Shown: positions 1 through 8,234, counted from the first letter of the stretch. The stretch: 41,536 bases of DNA from Candidatus Elarobacter sp. (GCA_035639075.1 DASQYT010000176.1:1-41536), one strand, 5' to 3'. Numbers and translations are program-made. The notes: a model not told the origin generated them from the sequence alone.

Positions 1-100
1 TCGGCAACTCAAGTCCAACTCGCAGTCGCGCACTGGGCACTCTCCTTGTCGGTACCGCGTCCGTCCCCTCGAAGCATCGGCAAAGTCGTGAACGCTCGAC

Positions 101-150
101 AAAAATAGAATGCGCCGCGAAGGGACATTCCAACATGTCCCAGCGCGGCG
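101..150 (-). terminator. Probable intrinsic terminator of the DinB gene
   Basis: Nested inverted repeat CGCCGCG(113-119)/CGCGGCG(144-150) and GGGACAT(122-128)/ATGTCCC(135-141). A-rich 101-110 gives a U-rich tail on the minus strand, 30 nt after the stop at 181. Confidence 0.6.
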
Positions 151-180
151 TCTGTGCCTCTGCGTTAACCTTTATCCTTT

Positions 181-795
181 TTATTTCTTCGGAAAGTTCG
201 GATCGGCCTTCACTTCATTGATCTGCTTGGTGTGCCGTTCACTGTGCGCCGCGATGAGCAGAACAAACTCGTACCCATCCAGCTTGCCCATCGGACTGTC
301 TGTCACATGGTCGCGCAAACCCGTAGCGCTCTTGAGAAAGTCTTCCGTCGTCGCGCGGCTCTCCACAAAATGCTTGACTGAGCCTTCCGGGGATCCGAAA
401 CGGTTTGTCGGCACCAGGGGTTCCGGCGCCTGCACCTTGTTCGTGCGGTCGGGAATCATCGCCAGCACTCCTTCGTCGGTTTTCTTGACGTCGCGCCCCG
501 GCTCTCCGGCCGGCGCCATCATGACCTTTTCCTTCACCATTCCAAGGATAAAATCCTCCGCAGCGGCAATGTGCTCCATCACCTGGGCAACCGACCAGCG
601 GTCCGGTGCCGGCTTGAAATTCCACTGCGCTTCTGAGAGGCTCTTCGTCGACTCAAGAACATTCTTCTTCGTCGTTTCCAGATACTGCAGCGCCTTGTCC
701 TTCTCCGCTTGCGTCACTTCTTGTGCTGATGCCGCTACTGCTCCCACCATCAACAGCAACGCGAACAGCGCGCCTGCCAGGGACTTGGTTCTCAT
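181..795 (-). CDS. DinB-family (DinB_2) protein with N-terminal signal peptide
   Basis: WNFKPAPDRWSVAQVMEHI and HSERHTKQI give the DinB His triad. Signal peptide ends AASAQ. AGGAG SD upstream. Confidence 0.85.
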   Translation of the reverse strand: MRTKSLAGALFALLLMVGAVAASAQEVTQAEKDKALQYLETTKKNVLESTKSLSEAQWNFKPAPDRWSVAQVMEHIAAAEDFILGMVKEKVMMAPAGEPGRDVKKTDEGVLAMIPDRTNKVQAPEPLVPTNRFGSPEGSVKHFVESRATTEDFLKSATGLRDHVTDSPMGKLDGYEFVLLIAAHSERHTKQINEVKADPNFPKK

Positions 796-1004
796 CTTTT
801 TTCTCTCCTTGTCTTACGCGGCCGCGTGGCGGCCGCCTTTACTATTTCTGATTGGCGAAACGGGAATTTGCAGCATACCACACCATCTGTCCTTCATGCG
901 TGAGCAGGGCGATTCGAAGCACTGGTAAATCCACTGTGAATCCGAGCAGGTGCGTCGGGGCAAGAACGAAACAATGCTGAAGGACGAAAGGTTCTTTGGT
1001 TTGA

Positions 1005-1218
1005 GGAATGAGCGCCGCGCTCCGTGTCAGGTTACGCGGCGCTCCAGGAGTTTCTGGCGGGCTGCTGGGGTTAGGTTGTGGAACTACCGTCGGTAGGAAC
1101 CGTTTGGCAAATCGTGGCCGCGCTGCCCTTGATGAGCCTGAATCTCCGGGGATTCTGAGTTACCATCAATCAGTCAGAGCGGAAAATTTTGGGGTTCTTC
1201 AATCCATTTTTACCGCCC
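1005..1218 (-). ncRNA. Candidate sigma54-dependent structured small RNA (alternatively a 31-aa small ORF 1071-1166)
   Basis: Lies downstream of a -24/-12 element. Hairpins at 1129-1169 and 1084-1096 and a 10-bp GC stem 1010-1019/1035-1044 at the 3' end. No convincing protein gene in the interval. Confidence 0.35.
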
Positions 1219-1229
1219 GAGATGTTAGC

Positions 1230-1246
1230 AGCAGGGCGAATGCCAA
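1230..1246 (-). promoter_or_regulatory. sigma54 (-24/-12) promoter
   Basis: Minus strand TTGGCATTCGCCCTGCT = GG-N10-GC. IHF-like TTTCAATAGCTTGAAA at 1272-1287 upstream. Confidence 0.55.
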
Positions 1247-1403
1247 AGAAGTGTCGGCGCAATCCACGCATTTTCAATAGCTTGAAATTGCTGCATGTTG
1301 CAGCTTGCTTCAGGGCGGGAAACTGGTTCAGGTTGGAACAGCCGGGGTCTGCAAACGAATCGGCTCAAGCATCTTACGAGCGTTTTTCAACTCACGCCTG
1401 GTC

Positions 1404-2846
1404 TCAAGCTGCGGCGCCACCGGTTTTTTCTTTTCTGATCTCCAAGCCATCGCGTTTCAGGTAGCGGTACAAACTGGTGCGCCCGATTCCCAGGAATTGC
1501 GCGGCTCTCAGCCGGTTTCCCTGACACATCTCGAGCACGCGCTGGATGTGCACTTTGCGCACCTCTTCGAGCGACAGCGGTTTCCAGTCGTCGCCCTCCC
1601 GCGAACCCTTCTGGCGGTGTTGCAGTTGTTCCGGCAAGTCCGCCAGATCGATGAAGTCTCCCGTTGCCGTGATGCACGAGCTGGAGATGACATTCTCCAG
1701 TTCGCGCACATTGCCCGGCCAGCCGTGTCCCAGCAATACGGTCTGCGCCCGCCGCGTCAGCCCGAGAATATTCTTTCCATAAGCGGCGTTGTATTTCTTC
1801 AGGAAAAACTGCACCAGCAGTGGTATATCTTCCAGCCGCTCGGTCAGCGAGGGAATGCGGATCTGTATGGAGCTCAACCTGTAAAACAGATCTTCGCGAA
1901 AGCGTCCCGCCAGCACCTCCGCGCGCAAATCCCGGTTTGTAGCGGCGATCAGCCTAACGTTGATGTGCCGTACTTCGGGCGACCCGACTCGCTGAATCTC
2001 GCGGTTCTGAATCACGCGCAACAGCTTCGCTTGCATCGGCACGGAAGTTTCTCCCACTTCGTCCAGGAACACGGTTCCGCCGTTGGCATACTCGAACAAG
2101 CCCGGCCGCGTGTCCGTGGCCCCGGTAAATGCCCCGCGCACGTGCCCGAAGAGCTGGCTGTCCAACAGTGTGTCCACCATTGCGGAACAGTTGCACACTG
2201 CCAGCTTCTGCTGGCTCGCCGGGCTGATCTGGTGGATGGCTCTGGCGACCAGCTCTTTGCCCGTTCCCGTCGGTCCCACCAGCAGGACATTGGTATAGTG
2301 GCGGGCGACCTTTCGAGCAAAATCAAATACTTCCAGCATCGCTGGGCCTTTCCCCACGATGCCGTGAAATTCCAGGTCCTTTAGCAACTGCTCTTCCAGC
2401 GCCCTCACTCGCCTTCTCTGGTCATACAGTGCGGCAACGTCGTCCAGCGATTTCTTCAACCGCGACCTGTCGATGGGCTTCGGCATGAAATCCGATGCTC
2501 CCCGCCGGATTGCTTCCAGCGCCGAATCCAGCGTGTAAACTCCCGACATCAGAATCACATGCACTCCGGGATCGCTCCGGGAAACAAGATCCAGGAACTC
2601 GTATCCGTCCATTCCAGGCATATGCACATCCGCCAGCACCATTCGGCAATGGCCACTCTTCACCAGCTTCAGCGCTTCTTCAGGGTTGGAGGTAGGAACG
2701 GCCTCATACCCCAGGTCCGCAATCACAGCCGACAGCATTTCCAGCTGCGCCGGATCATCATCCAGGATGCACGGTGTCAACGACGATTTCGGAGCTACAA
2801 TTTCAGCCGTTCTTGACGAAGCCAATCCCACAATGCCTTTTGACAT
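1404..2846 (-). CDS. NtrC-family sigma54-dependent response regulator (REC-AAA+-Fis HTH)
   Basis: REC (LDDDP, LADVHMP), Walker A GPTGTGKE, GAFTGA loop, Walker B FLDEV, RFREDLFYRL, WPGNVRELEN, C-terminal HTH LGIGRTSLYRYL. The true start may be a few codons downstream. Confidence 0.95.
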   Translation of the reverse strand: MSKGIVGLASSRTAEIVAPKSSLTPCILDDDPAQLEMLSAVIADLGYEAVPTSNPEEALKLVKSGHCRMVLADVHMPGMDGYEFLDLVSRSDPGVHVILMSGVYTLDSALEAIRRGASDFMPKPIDRSRLKKSLDDVAALYDQRRRVRALEEQLLKDLEFHGIVGKGPAMLEVFDFARKVARHYTNVLLVGPTGTGKELVARAIHQISPASQQKLAVCNCSAMVDTLLDSQLFGHVRGAFTGATDTRPGLFEYANGGTVFLDEVGETSVPMQAKLLRVIQNREIQRVGSPEVRHINVRLIAATNRDLRAEVLAGRFREDLFYRLSSIQIRIPSLTERLEDIPLLVQFFLKKYNAAYGKNILGLTRRAQTVLLGHGWPGNVRELENVISSSCITATGDFIDLADLPEQLQHRQKGSREGDDWKPLSLEEVRKVHIQRVLEMCQGNRLRAAQFLGIGRTSLYRYLKRDGLEIRKEKTGGAAA

Positions 2847-2847
2847 G

Positions 2848-2862
2848 GCATCCCAAGTGCCA
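2848..2862 (-). promoter_or_regulatory. sigma54-like promoter abutting the annotated start of the NtrC-like gene
   Basis: Minus strand TGGCACTTGGGATGC = TGGCAC -24 box with GG-N10-GC spacing. Confidence 0.4.
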
Positions 2863-3173
2863 CTTCCTTGTCTTCCGCCCGCACGGCTGGTCCGGTTCTT
2901 AGAGATGCTTCGAGTTTGTTACTCCGTTGAAACTATTGCAGTTATCGCTTTATGGCGGGCGATTATCGTTTCTGGCGGAGTACGGATTTCCTATTTGAGC
3001 TGGCCTGTGAATCGAGTTTCTTCCCGTCAATCCACTTCGGTCCACAATCGGTTCCTCTCTTCCCATTCCGGAACAGTGGCAGCCGAATTCAGCACGAAGT
3101 ACACACACTCCTCCCTTGGACTCCGGCGCCTCCTTCGAGGCTTGGAGTTTACCGTTCGCCTTCTTCTCTCAGC

Positions 3174-3488
3174 CTATTTTTCTTTATCGATCAAATCGCA
3201 GTTCGGCTGGACCTGCTGGAGGCTGAACTTTTGCTGTCCGTTCAGAGTGACTCCTATGGGCTGAGCTCGGTAGGCCACGGAAAGGGGACGTTCGGGGGAA
3301 GTGGGTTGCAGAAGTCGCAAAAAAATCATCGACCCTGGAGAAAGGGAACGGCTGAGGGTAAGGTACTTGCCGCTCTCTTCCTTCCATTCGAGCTCCGACT
3401 TCTCTACGAAAAACATGTGGGAGATATCCCATCCGGAGACCTCGACGGGATAGGAATTGCAAATCAGACGTTGTTCGGTCAACAGCAC
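3174..3488 (-). CDS. Hypothetical protein (104 aa)
   Basis: GTG at 3488 preceded by GGAGG. Globular-looking sequence VEVSGWDISHMFFVEKSELEW...IFLRLLQP. Confidence 0.65.
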   Translation of the reverse strand: MLLTEQRLICNSYPVEVSGWDISHMFFVEKSELEWKEESGKYLTLSRSLSPGSMIFLRLLQPTSPERPLSVAYRAQPIGVTLNGQQKFSLQQVQPNCDLIDKEK

Positions 3489-3511
3489 AGGGAACCTCCG
3501 CAAGAGGAAAT

Positions 3512-3528
3512 TGCAGATATCCTGCCAA
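3512..3528 (-). promoter_or_regulatory. sigma54 (-24/-12) promoter
   Basis: Minus strand TTGGCAGGATATCTGCA, GG-N10-GC, just upstream of the SD/GTG of 3174-3488. IHF-like TTTCATTTACTTG further upstream. Confidence 0.55.
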
Positions 3529-3670
3529 CAGATTTTGGCCAAGTAAATGAAAGGAGAGTGTTTAGTCGAGTTCGAACTTTCTGAAACTGTGCGCGGGCGG
3601 GACAACTCCCCGCTGAATGTTTACAACTGGGGCAGCAGGACGCGCCACACGTCTTCCTTCAACTATCGCA

Positions 3671-4345
3671 TTAGAATTGGCTTCGCAACAGATAATACGT
3701 GGCCACGGCTTTGATCGGGCCGTAGATATAACGAAACGCGAATATCCCCAGCAGCAGGCCGACCATGGCGTAACTGTTTCCCCGCAGCCAATCCAGATAA
3801 CGCTGCGAGCGTGTCTCACCCATGAACAACATGATGGCCGTGCTGCCATCCAGTGGAGGAACCGGCAGCAAATTGAAGGTGCCCAGAAGCAGGTTGAGCG
3901 AAAAGAAAGCCCCCAGCACGCTGCTCGGGAAGTCCGGATTGCCGGTTGAAGGGTCCTCGTGCAGCCAGCCGTGGGACCACCCCAGTCGCAGGGCCACGGC
4001 TGCGATCACCATCAGAGCGTAGTTCGTTACCGGTCCGGCCAGCGCCATCCACGCCGCCCGGCGAGGATGCCGCCGCTCCCACATGGGATCGTACGGTGCA
4101 CTAGCCCAGCCAAAAAGATTGCCGGTCATGATCAGCGAGAGGATCGGAATAACCACCATGCCCCACGGTTCGCGCTGGATGTGCGGCACGGGGTTGAGGG
4201 ACACCTGCCCGCCCGCGAACGCCGTGTCGTCCCCGCCGATTTTCGCGGCCAGGGCGTGCGCCGCTTCATGACAAGTGGTGGAAAATAGAAACGCAACGTA
4301 CCAGATGAATCCCAGCGCAATCAGTTCCGGTTGGACATCAGCCAT
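3671..4345 (-). CDS. Site-2 protease (peptidase M50) family membrane metalloprotease
   Basis: HEAAH zinc motif, ALAGPVTN, NLLPVPPLDG motif, multiple TM segments. Start taken at MADVQ. Confidence 0.9.
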   Translation of the reverse strand: MADVQPELIALGFIWYVAFLFSTTCHEAAHALAAKIGGDDTAFAGGQVSLNPVPHIQREPWGMVVIPILSLIMTGNLFGWASAPYDPMWERRHPRRAAWMALAGPVTNYALMVIAAVALRLGWSHGWLHEDPSTGNPDFPSSVLGAFFSLNLLLGTFNLLPVPPLDGSTAIMLFMGETRSQRYLDWLRGNSYAMVGLLLGIFAFRYIYGPIKAVATYYLLRSQF

Positions 4346-4544
4346 GAAGAACTCTTCATTTCCTCGCCGCCAGTAGCGTAGATGGCCCCGCCCCTCATTG
4401 CAAGCGACGCGCCCCTTGGTGTACATCCCCCGGAAATCTTTCTGTGTTCTCGGCCTTCTCTTTTAGTTAAGTCTTCTGTTTTTTCTTTGAGGCGAATCGA
4501 AGGGTTTACACATCGTGCTCAAGGGCTGCAATTTAATGGTCTTC

Positions 4545-4937
4545 TCACCAGACCGTGTTAACCACTTTGGAGCGAAGGATCTCACGGTCCGCGGTAATCA
4601 GAGGGAGCCCCTCGATCAGCGCGGTGGCTCCGATAATGCGATCCGCAGGATCTTTGGGATAAGCCGCTGGCAGTCCCATGGCGCGCGCGCACGCGCGGCT
4701 GCTCATTGGCAGAACCACAAACCGGGTCTCGACTTCCTGCAGGAAGGATTCAAGGCTGATACCAAGGCGAATCCGGCCCTTACTTGCGAGCGTCGCTAAC
4801 TCCAGGAGAGTGATGTCCGAAATTGCCAAACCGCCCCCACTCTTGCGTGCATCTTCGATGGCCGACTTGGCTTTGCTCAACAGCTTGGCGGGATCCGTCG
4901 TCAACCAAAGCACAGCATGTGTGTCGAGCAAAATCAC
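4545..4937 (-). CDS. vapC: PIN-domain VapC toxin
   Basis: ILLDTH...SDITLLE...KDPADRIIGATA...LITAD acidic PIN motifs. GTG start overlaps the antitoxin stop (GTGA). Confidence 0.9.
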   Translation of the reverse strand: MILLDTHAVLWLTTDPAKLLSKAKSAIEDARKSGGGLAISDITLLELATLASKGRIRLGISLESFLQEVETRFVVLPMSSRACARAMGLPAAYPKDPADRIIGATALIEGLPLITADREILRSKVVNTVW

Positions 4938-5167
4938 TCGAGATTGCCCCATTCGCGCCCCGACAACGCGGGGGAGACGACATCGCGAGTAATCGTAACC
5001 TTCCCACGAAGAAAACCGAAAATATCATCGCCTTGTGGCTCGACCGGGACAAGCTTTGCCACCGGCTTGCCGCGCTTAGTGATTACCACTGTCTCGCGCT
5101 TAGCCTGAACCTCGTCCATGACGGCAAGACAATTTGCCTTGAAGGTGCCCGCTGCCATCTTTTTCAT
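4934..5167 (-). CDS. Phd/YefM-family antitoxin
   Basis: FKANCLAVMDEV...VVITKRGKPVAKLVP. Directly upstream of and coupled to the PIN toxin. Confidence 0.9.
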   Translation of the reverse strand: MKKMAAGTFKANCLAVMDEVQAKRETVVITKRGKPVAKLVPVEPQGDDIFGFLRGKVTITRDVVSPALSGREWGNLE

Positions 5168-5181
5168 GTTGAAACTCCTAT

Positions 5182-5209
5182 ATAACTATGGTCATTATAC
5201 CATGGTCAT
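5182..5209. promoter_or_regulatory. Probable toxin-antitoxin autoregulatory operator (two tandem 14-bp near-palindromes)
   Basis: ATAACTATGGTCAT followed by TATACCATGGTCAT, 15-42 nt upstream of the antitoxin start. Confidence 0.6.
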
Positions 5210-5266
5210 ACTTGTTGAGCAAGAACCAGAAAAGCATTCCACGCGAACTGTGGGTTTTGGCGAACG

Positions 5267-6859
5267 CTATGGCGCGGTTTGCGTTGGAATGGCCTTGGGG
5301 CCCGACGGCGTGAAATGAAAGCGAATGAGCCATTCGCTGGGAACACTATGACCGCCGACCTCGGGTGAAGTGAATTGCCAGCGGCGGGCCGCCTTCAAGG
5401 CGAGGCCGGCGAAATACTTGCTGGGCCCAGGAGAATCGAGCCTGGCCTCAGCTACATTGCCTGTGGGATCGACCTGAACGCGCACGCCGACGCGGACGAC
5501 TCCATGAATAGTAGCGAGCGCGTTCTCAGAGGCGTCGGGCAAAACCTGCTCGAGGACTTCAGCACGTGCGGAAGATGACCCAGAATGGCTCGGTGCGTTT
5601 GCCGATGGGAATGTATCTGTCCGCACCGTTGCAGATGTCGGCGTCGGCGTAATGACCGCTGAACTCCGAGGTTCTGCCGTACGCTTCTTCTCCGCGGCCG
5701 CTTTCAGCGAGTTTTGCACCGCAGCGGGCGCGGACGGCTTCGGAGCCGGAGGGGTTTCCCGGCGCGTGGGCTTTTCGACAGAATCCGGTCGTGCCGCGGG
5801 TTGCACGGCTGCCGTTGCGGCGGACGACGAGGAATCGGAGCGATGGCCAAGGATCTTCGGGATCGCCACGACCGCGACGATAACAAGAAACGCGGCAGCA
5901 GCGGGAACGACGTAATTGGGAAGTTCCAACCCTTGCCTCGGCGTGTCTGGGACCTGAGGACGCGGCACCTCTGATCGCGCCTTTTGCAACGCTGCTTCGA
6001 ACTTAGGAACTTGCAACTTCGCCACGGGGACCGCCGGAACTGTGGACAGGGGAACCGCCAGAGGCGAAACGGATTGTCCGGCGGCGGCAGCGGCGGCTAC
6101 CGGGTTGAGGCGCGCTGCAATTTCGGCAACAGTCCATCGGCGCCGGGGATCGCGGCGGAGGGCATGCCGCGCGACGTCGAGAAACGGCTGAGGAAGCGTA
6201 TCCGGAACAATCGGATCAGCCTGGCTCCCCGGTTGCAATGCGCATGGGCGCTGTGTGAGCGTTTCGACCAAAGTCATGCCCAGCGACCAGACGTCCACAG
6301 CTGCGGACAGCGGCGAAGTGGCTGTTTCGGGAGCGTCGTGAGCGTCGAATTTGCGAGATAACTTTCGGGACTCGCCAATGGGAAAGAGAGTGTCGCTGGA
6401 AAGCTTGAGCTGATCGGCAGTGGCCAGAATGTTGGAGGGCTTAATCCGGGAATGAACGTAACCAAAACTATGGAGGTAAACAAGAGCATCCAGCACGGGT
6501 CCGAGCATTTCGCGAGCCTCGGATCCCGTGAGGGCGCGCTGCGGAAGAATCTGGGAGAGGTCTTCTTCGGCATATTCCATCACGACGTAGAGGCGATCTC
6601 GGTTTTCGATACGGCACCGGCCGATGTCGTAAATGCGCAGCAGATTGGGATGAACAAGCTGCATGATGCGCCGCCAGAGCGAGATTTGGAGATCCGCGTT
6701 CGGGCCGGCGGGGATGAATTTGATGGCGGCTTTTTTAGACTGCGGCTCGGCAAGCTGGGTGAGGAAAACGGCGGAATCCTCCGTTCCGCCTAAGTAGTGA
6801 CGCAGCCGGAATCGATTATCGATGACCTGACCTTCGCACTGTCTCCAGAATTCGCTCAT
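5267..6859 (-). CDS. Hanks-type kinase-like domain (degenerate) + TM + Pro/Ala linker + TonB C-terminal domain
   Basis: AAIK, HPNLLRIYD, YVVMEY, HSRIKPSNIL, APE and DVWSLG kinase motifs. TM YVVPAAAAFLVIVAVVAI. C-terminal GVVRVGVRVQVDPTGNV...ALKAARRWQF. ATG 6859 with GGAGG SD. Confidence 0.85.
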   Translation of the reverse strand: MSEFWRQCEGQVIDNRFRLRHYLGGTEDSAVFLTQLAEPQSKKAAIKFIPAGPNADLQISLWRRIMQLVHPNLLRIYDIGRCRIENRDRLYVVMEYAEEDLSQILPQRALTGSEAREMLGPVLDALVYLHSFGYVHSRIKPSNILATADQLKLSSDTLFPIGESRKLSRKFDAHDAPETATSPLSAAVDVWSLGMTLVETLTQRPCALQPGSQADPIVPDTLPQPFLDVARHALRRDPRRRWTVAEIAARLNPVAAAAAAGQSVSPLAVPLSTVPAVPVAKLQVPKFEAALQKARSEVPRPQVPDTPRQGLELPNYVVPAAAAFLVIVAVVAIPKILGHRSDSSSSAATAAVQPAARPDSVEKPTRRETPPAPKPSAPAAVQNSLKAAAEKKRTAEPRSSAVITPTPTSATVRTDTFPSANAPSHSGSSSARAEVLEQVLPDASENALATIHGVVRVGVRVQVDPTGNVAEARLDSPGPSKYFAGLALKAARRWQFTSPEVGGHSVPSEWLIRFHFTPSGPKAIPTQTAP

Positions 6860-7091
6860 GGCGAACCTCCAACTGGGAATTCCCGTCGGGCCCGGCCGTT
6901 GGGGACACAACCAACAGCATGGCGCGCGACCGCCGGTGGAACACCGCGGCGTCTAGAGCAGAGCTGGAACGTCTCGACGTGCGATTCGCAGGCGCCTGGG
7001 GCCGGGCGCTCGTCGACCACATTTTGGCATGAAACGGGCCGGAAGGGGGAGTCTCGTTCCTATCGGTTATGGAAAGGCCATGGGCCACCAC

Positions 7092-7646
7092 TCAGCTAGC
7101 TTTGGGAGAGGCTGCCCGGATCAAGGTTTCGCAGGCGGTGATGCAGGCGCTGCGAAAATCGCGCGAGATTTTCTTATGGATGTCCACGGAATGAAGAAGC
7201 GTAGCCGTTCCGTGCAAAAGTGCTACCAGCGCCAATGCGACGGGTGTGTGCTCATCAGGCTGACCGCCAAATTGATTGCTTAGACTCTGCTTCAGGAATT
7301 CAAAAGAAGGCATGTGTTCCTTGTGTGCGAAGGCGATCGCCCAATCTTCAGAGATGAGCCGGAAATCGTTGGGGTGAGCCGCGAAGAAGTCCAGCACGCG
7401 GCGGCAAACCTGTTCCGGGTTCCGGGAGGATTTGATCGCCGAGAAGAGATTCAGCCGGGCGCGGCGGCGCAGGAGAGAAAGAAGGTCTTCCTTATTGGAA
7501 AAGCGCTCATAGAGAGTCGGCGTAGTGGTGCCGCAGGCGCTGGCAACGGCGCGCATGGTGAGGGCGTGCTCGCCGCGCGCGCTCAACAGCCCGTACGCGG
7601 CGTCGAGGATGCGGCCTTCCAGACGAGCATCAGCCTTGCGCGGCAT
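7092..7646 (-). CDS. TetR/AcrR-family transcriptional regulator
   Basis: RILDAAYGLL...LTMRAVASACGTTTPTLYERFSNKEDL HTH. ATG 7646 with GGGAGG SD. Confidence 0.9.
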   Translation of the reverse strand: MPRKADARLEGRILDAAYGLLSARGEHALTMRAVASACGTTTPTLYERFSNKEDLLSLLRRRARLNLFSAIKSSRNPEQVCRRVLDFFAAHPNDFRLISEDWAIAFAHKEHMPSFEFLKQSLSNQFGGQPDEHTPVALALVALLHGTATLLHSVDIHKKISRDFRSACITACETLIRAASPKAS

Positions 7647-7685
7647 TCGACAACCCTCCCACTCACTATCGCGCTGCATTATATC

Positions 7686-7712
7686 CTTTACATCGTTAAA
7701 GATACAATGTAT
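7686..7712. promoter_or_regulatory. Probable TetR operator(s)
   Basis: Adjacent palindromes CTTTA-N6-TAAAG (7686-7701) and ATACA-A-TGTAT (7702-7712) in the divergent intergenic region. Confidence 0.45.
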
Positions 7713-7784
7713 AAAGAATAGGTCCCGAACGACCTTTGTTGGGATCCCCAAAATTACGGAAAGACAGGTGCGAAACAGCAAGTC

Positions 7785-8234
7785 ATGTTTCGATTTCAAT
7801 ATTGTGTGACCACCAAGGCTAGCAGGAAGCTTGCCTGGGAGGTTTTCTCGAATTGGCGGCGCTGGAGTGAATTCGCAAACATTTATGGCCAGCTAAACTG
7901 GCGCGAAGGCCGGCCGTGGGAAGCGGGAAGCCGCCTGGATATCGAAGTGCTCGAGCCGGTAAAAACGGTAGTGAGCCACGTCATTACGAATTGTCAGCCC
8001 GCACACAGAGTCGGGTGGATCGACCACTCGCTCGGCGTTGTTCTGGCGCAGTGGGTTAACTTCGAAGAGCATTCAGGAAAAGGCACACGGGTGCACACCT
8101 GGGGAGACATCGTCCATTCCGGCGTGAAAATTGCCGGGCAAACCGCTGAGCAAATCATCACCAGGTTTACCGAGACGTGGTACGAGAATTTTCGATCGGC
8201 GTGCGATCGGCTTGCAGAAGCCAGCGGCGGCTGA
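7785..8234 (+). CDS. SRPBCC/START (polyketide cyclase-like) family protein
   Basis: AWEVFSNWRRWSEF N-terminal motif, beta-rich middle, C-terminal helix. Divergent from TetR. Confidence 0.7.
   Translation: MFRFQYCVTTKASRKLAWEVFSNWRRWSEFANIYGQLNWREGRPWEAGSRLDIEVLEPVKTVVSHVITNCQPAHRVGWIDHSLGVVLAQWVNFEEHSGKGTRVHTWGDIVHSGVKIAGQTAEQIITRFTETWYENFRSACDRLAEASGG

Noticed and set aside
110-928. 272-aa plus-strand ORF, and other long antisense ORFs (1305-2384, 15238-16329, 30988-31932, 33635-34585)
   Set aside because: They shadow well-supported genes on the opposite strand and carry no recognisable motifs, which is typical of GC-rich DNA.
1060-1170. Possible c-di-GMP or other known riboswitch
   Set aside because: The conserved GGCAAA/GNRA-receptor layout is not present. 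Kept only as an unknown structured RNA candidate.
7024-7040. GG-N10-GC element TTGGCATGAAACGGGC on the plus strand
   Set aside because: Poor -12 box and it points antisense into tetR with no gene downstream. Likely chance.
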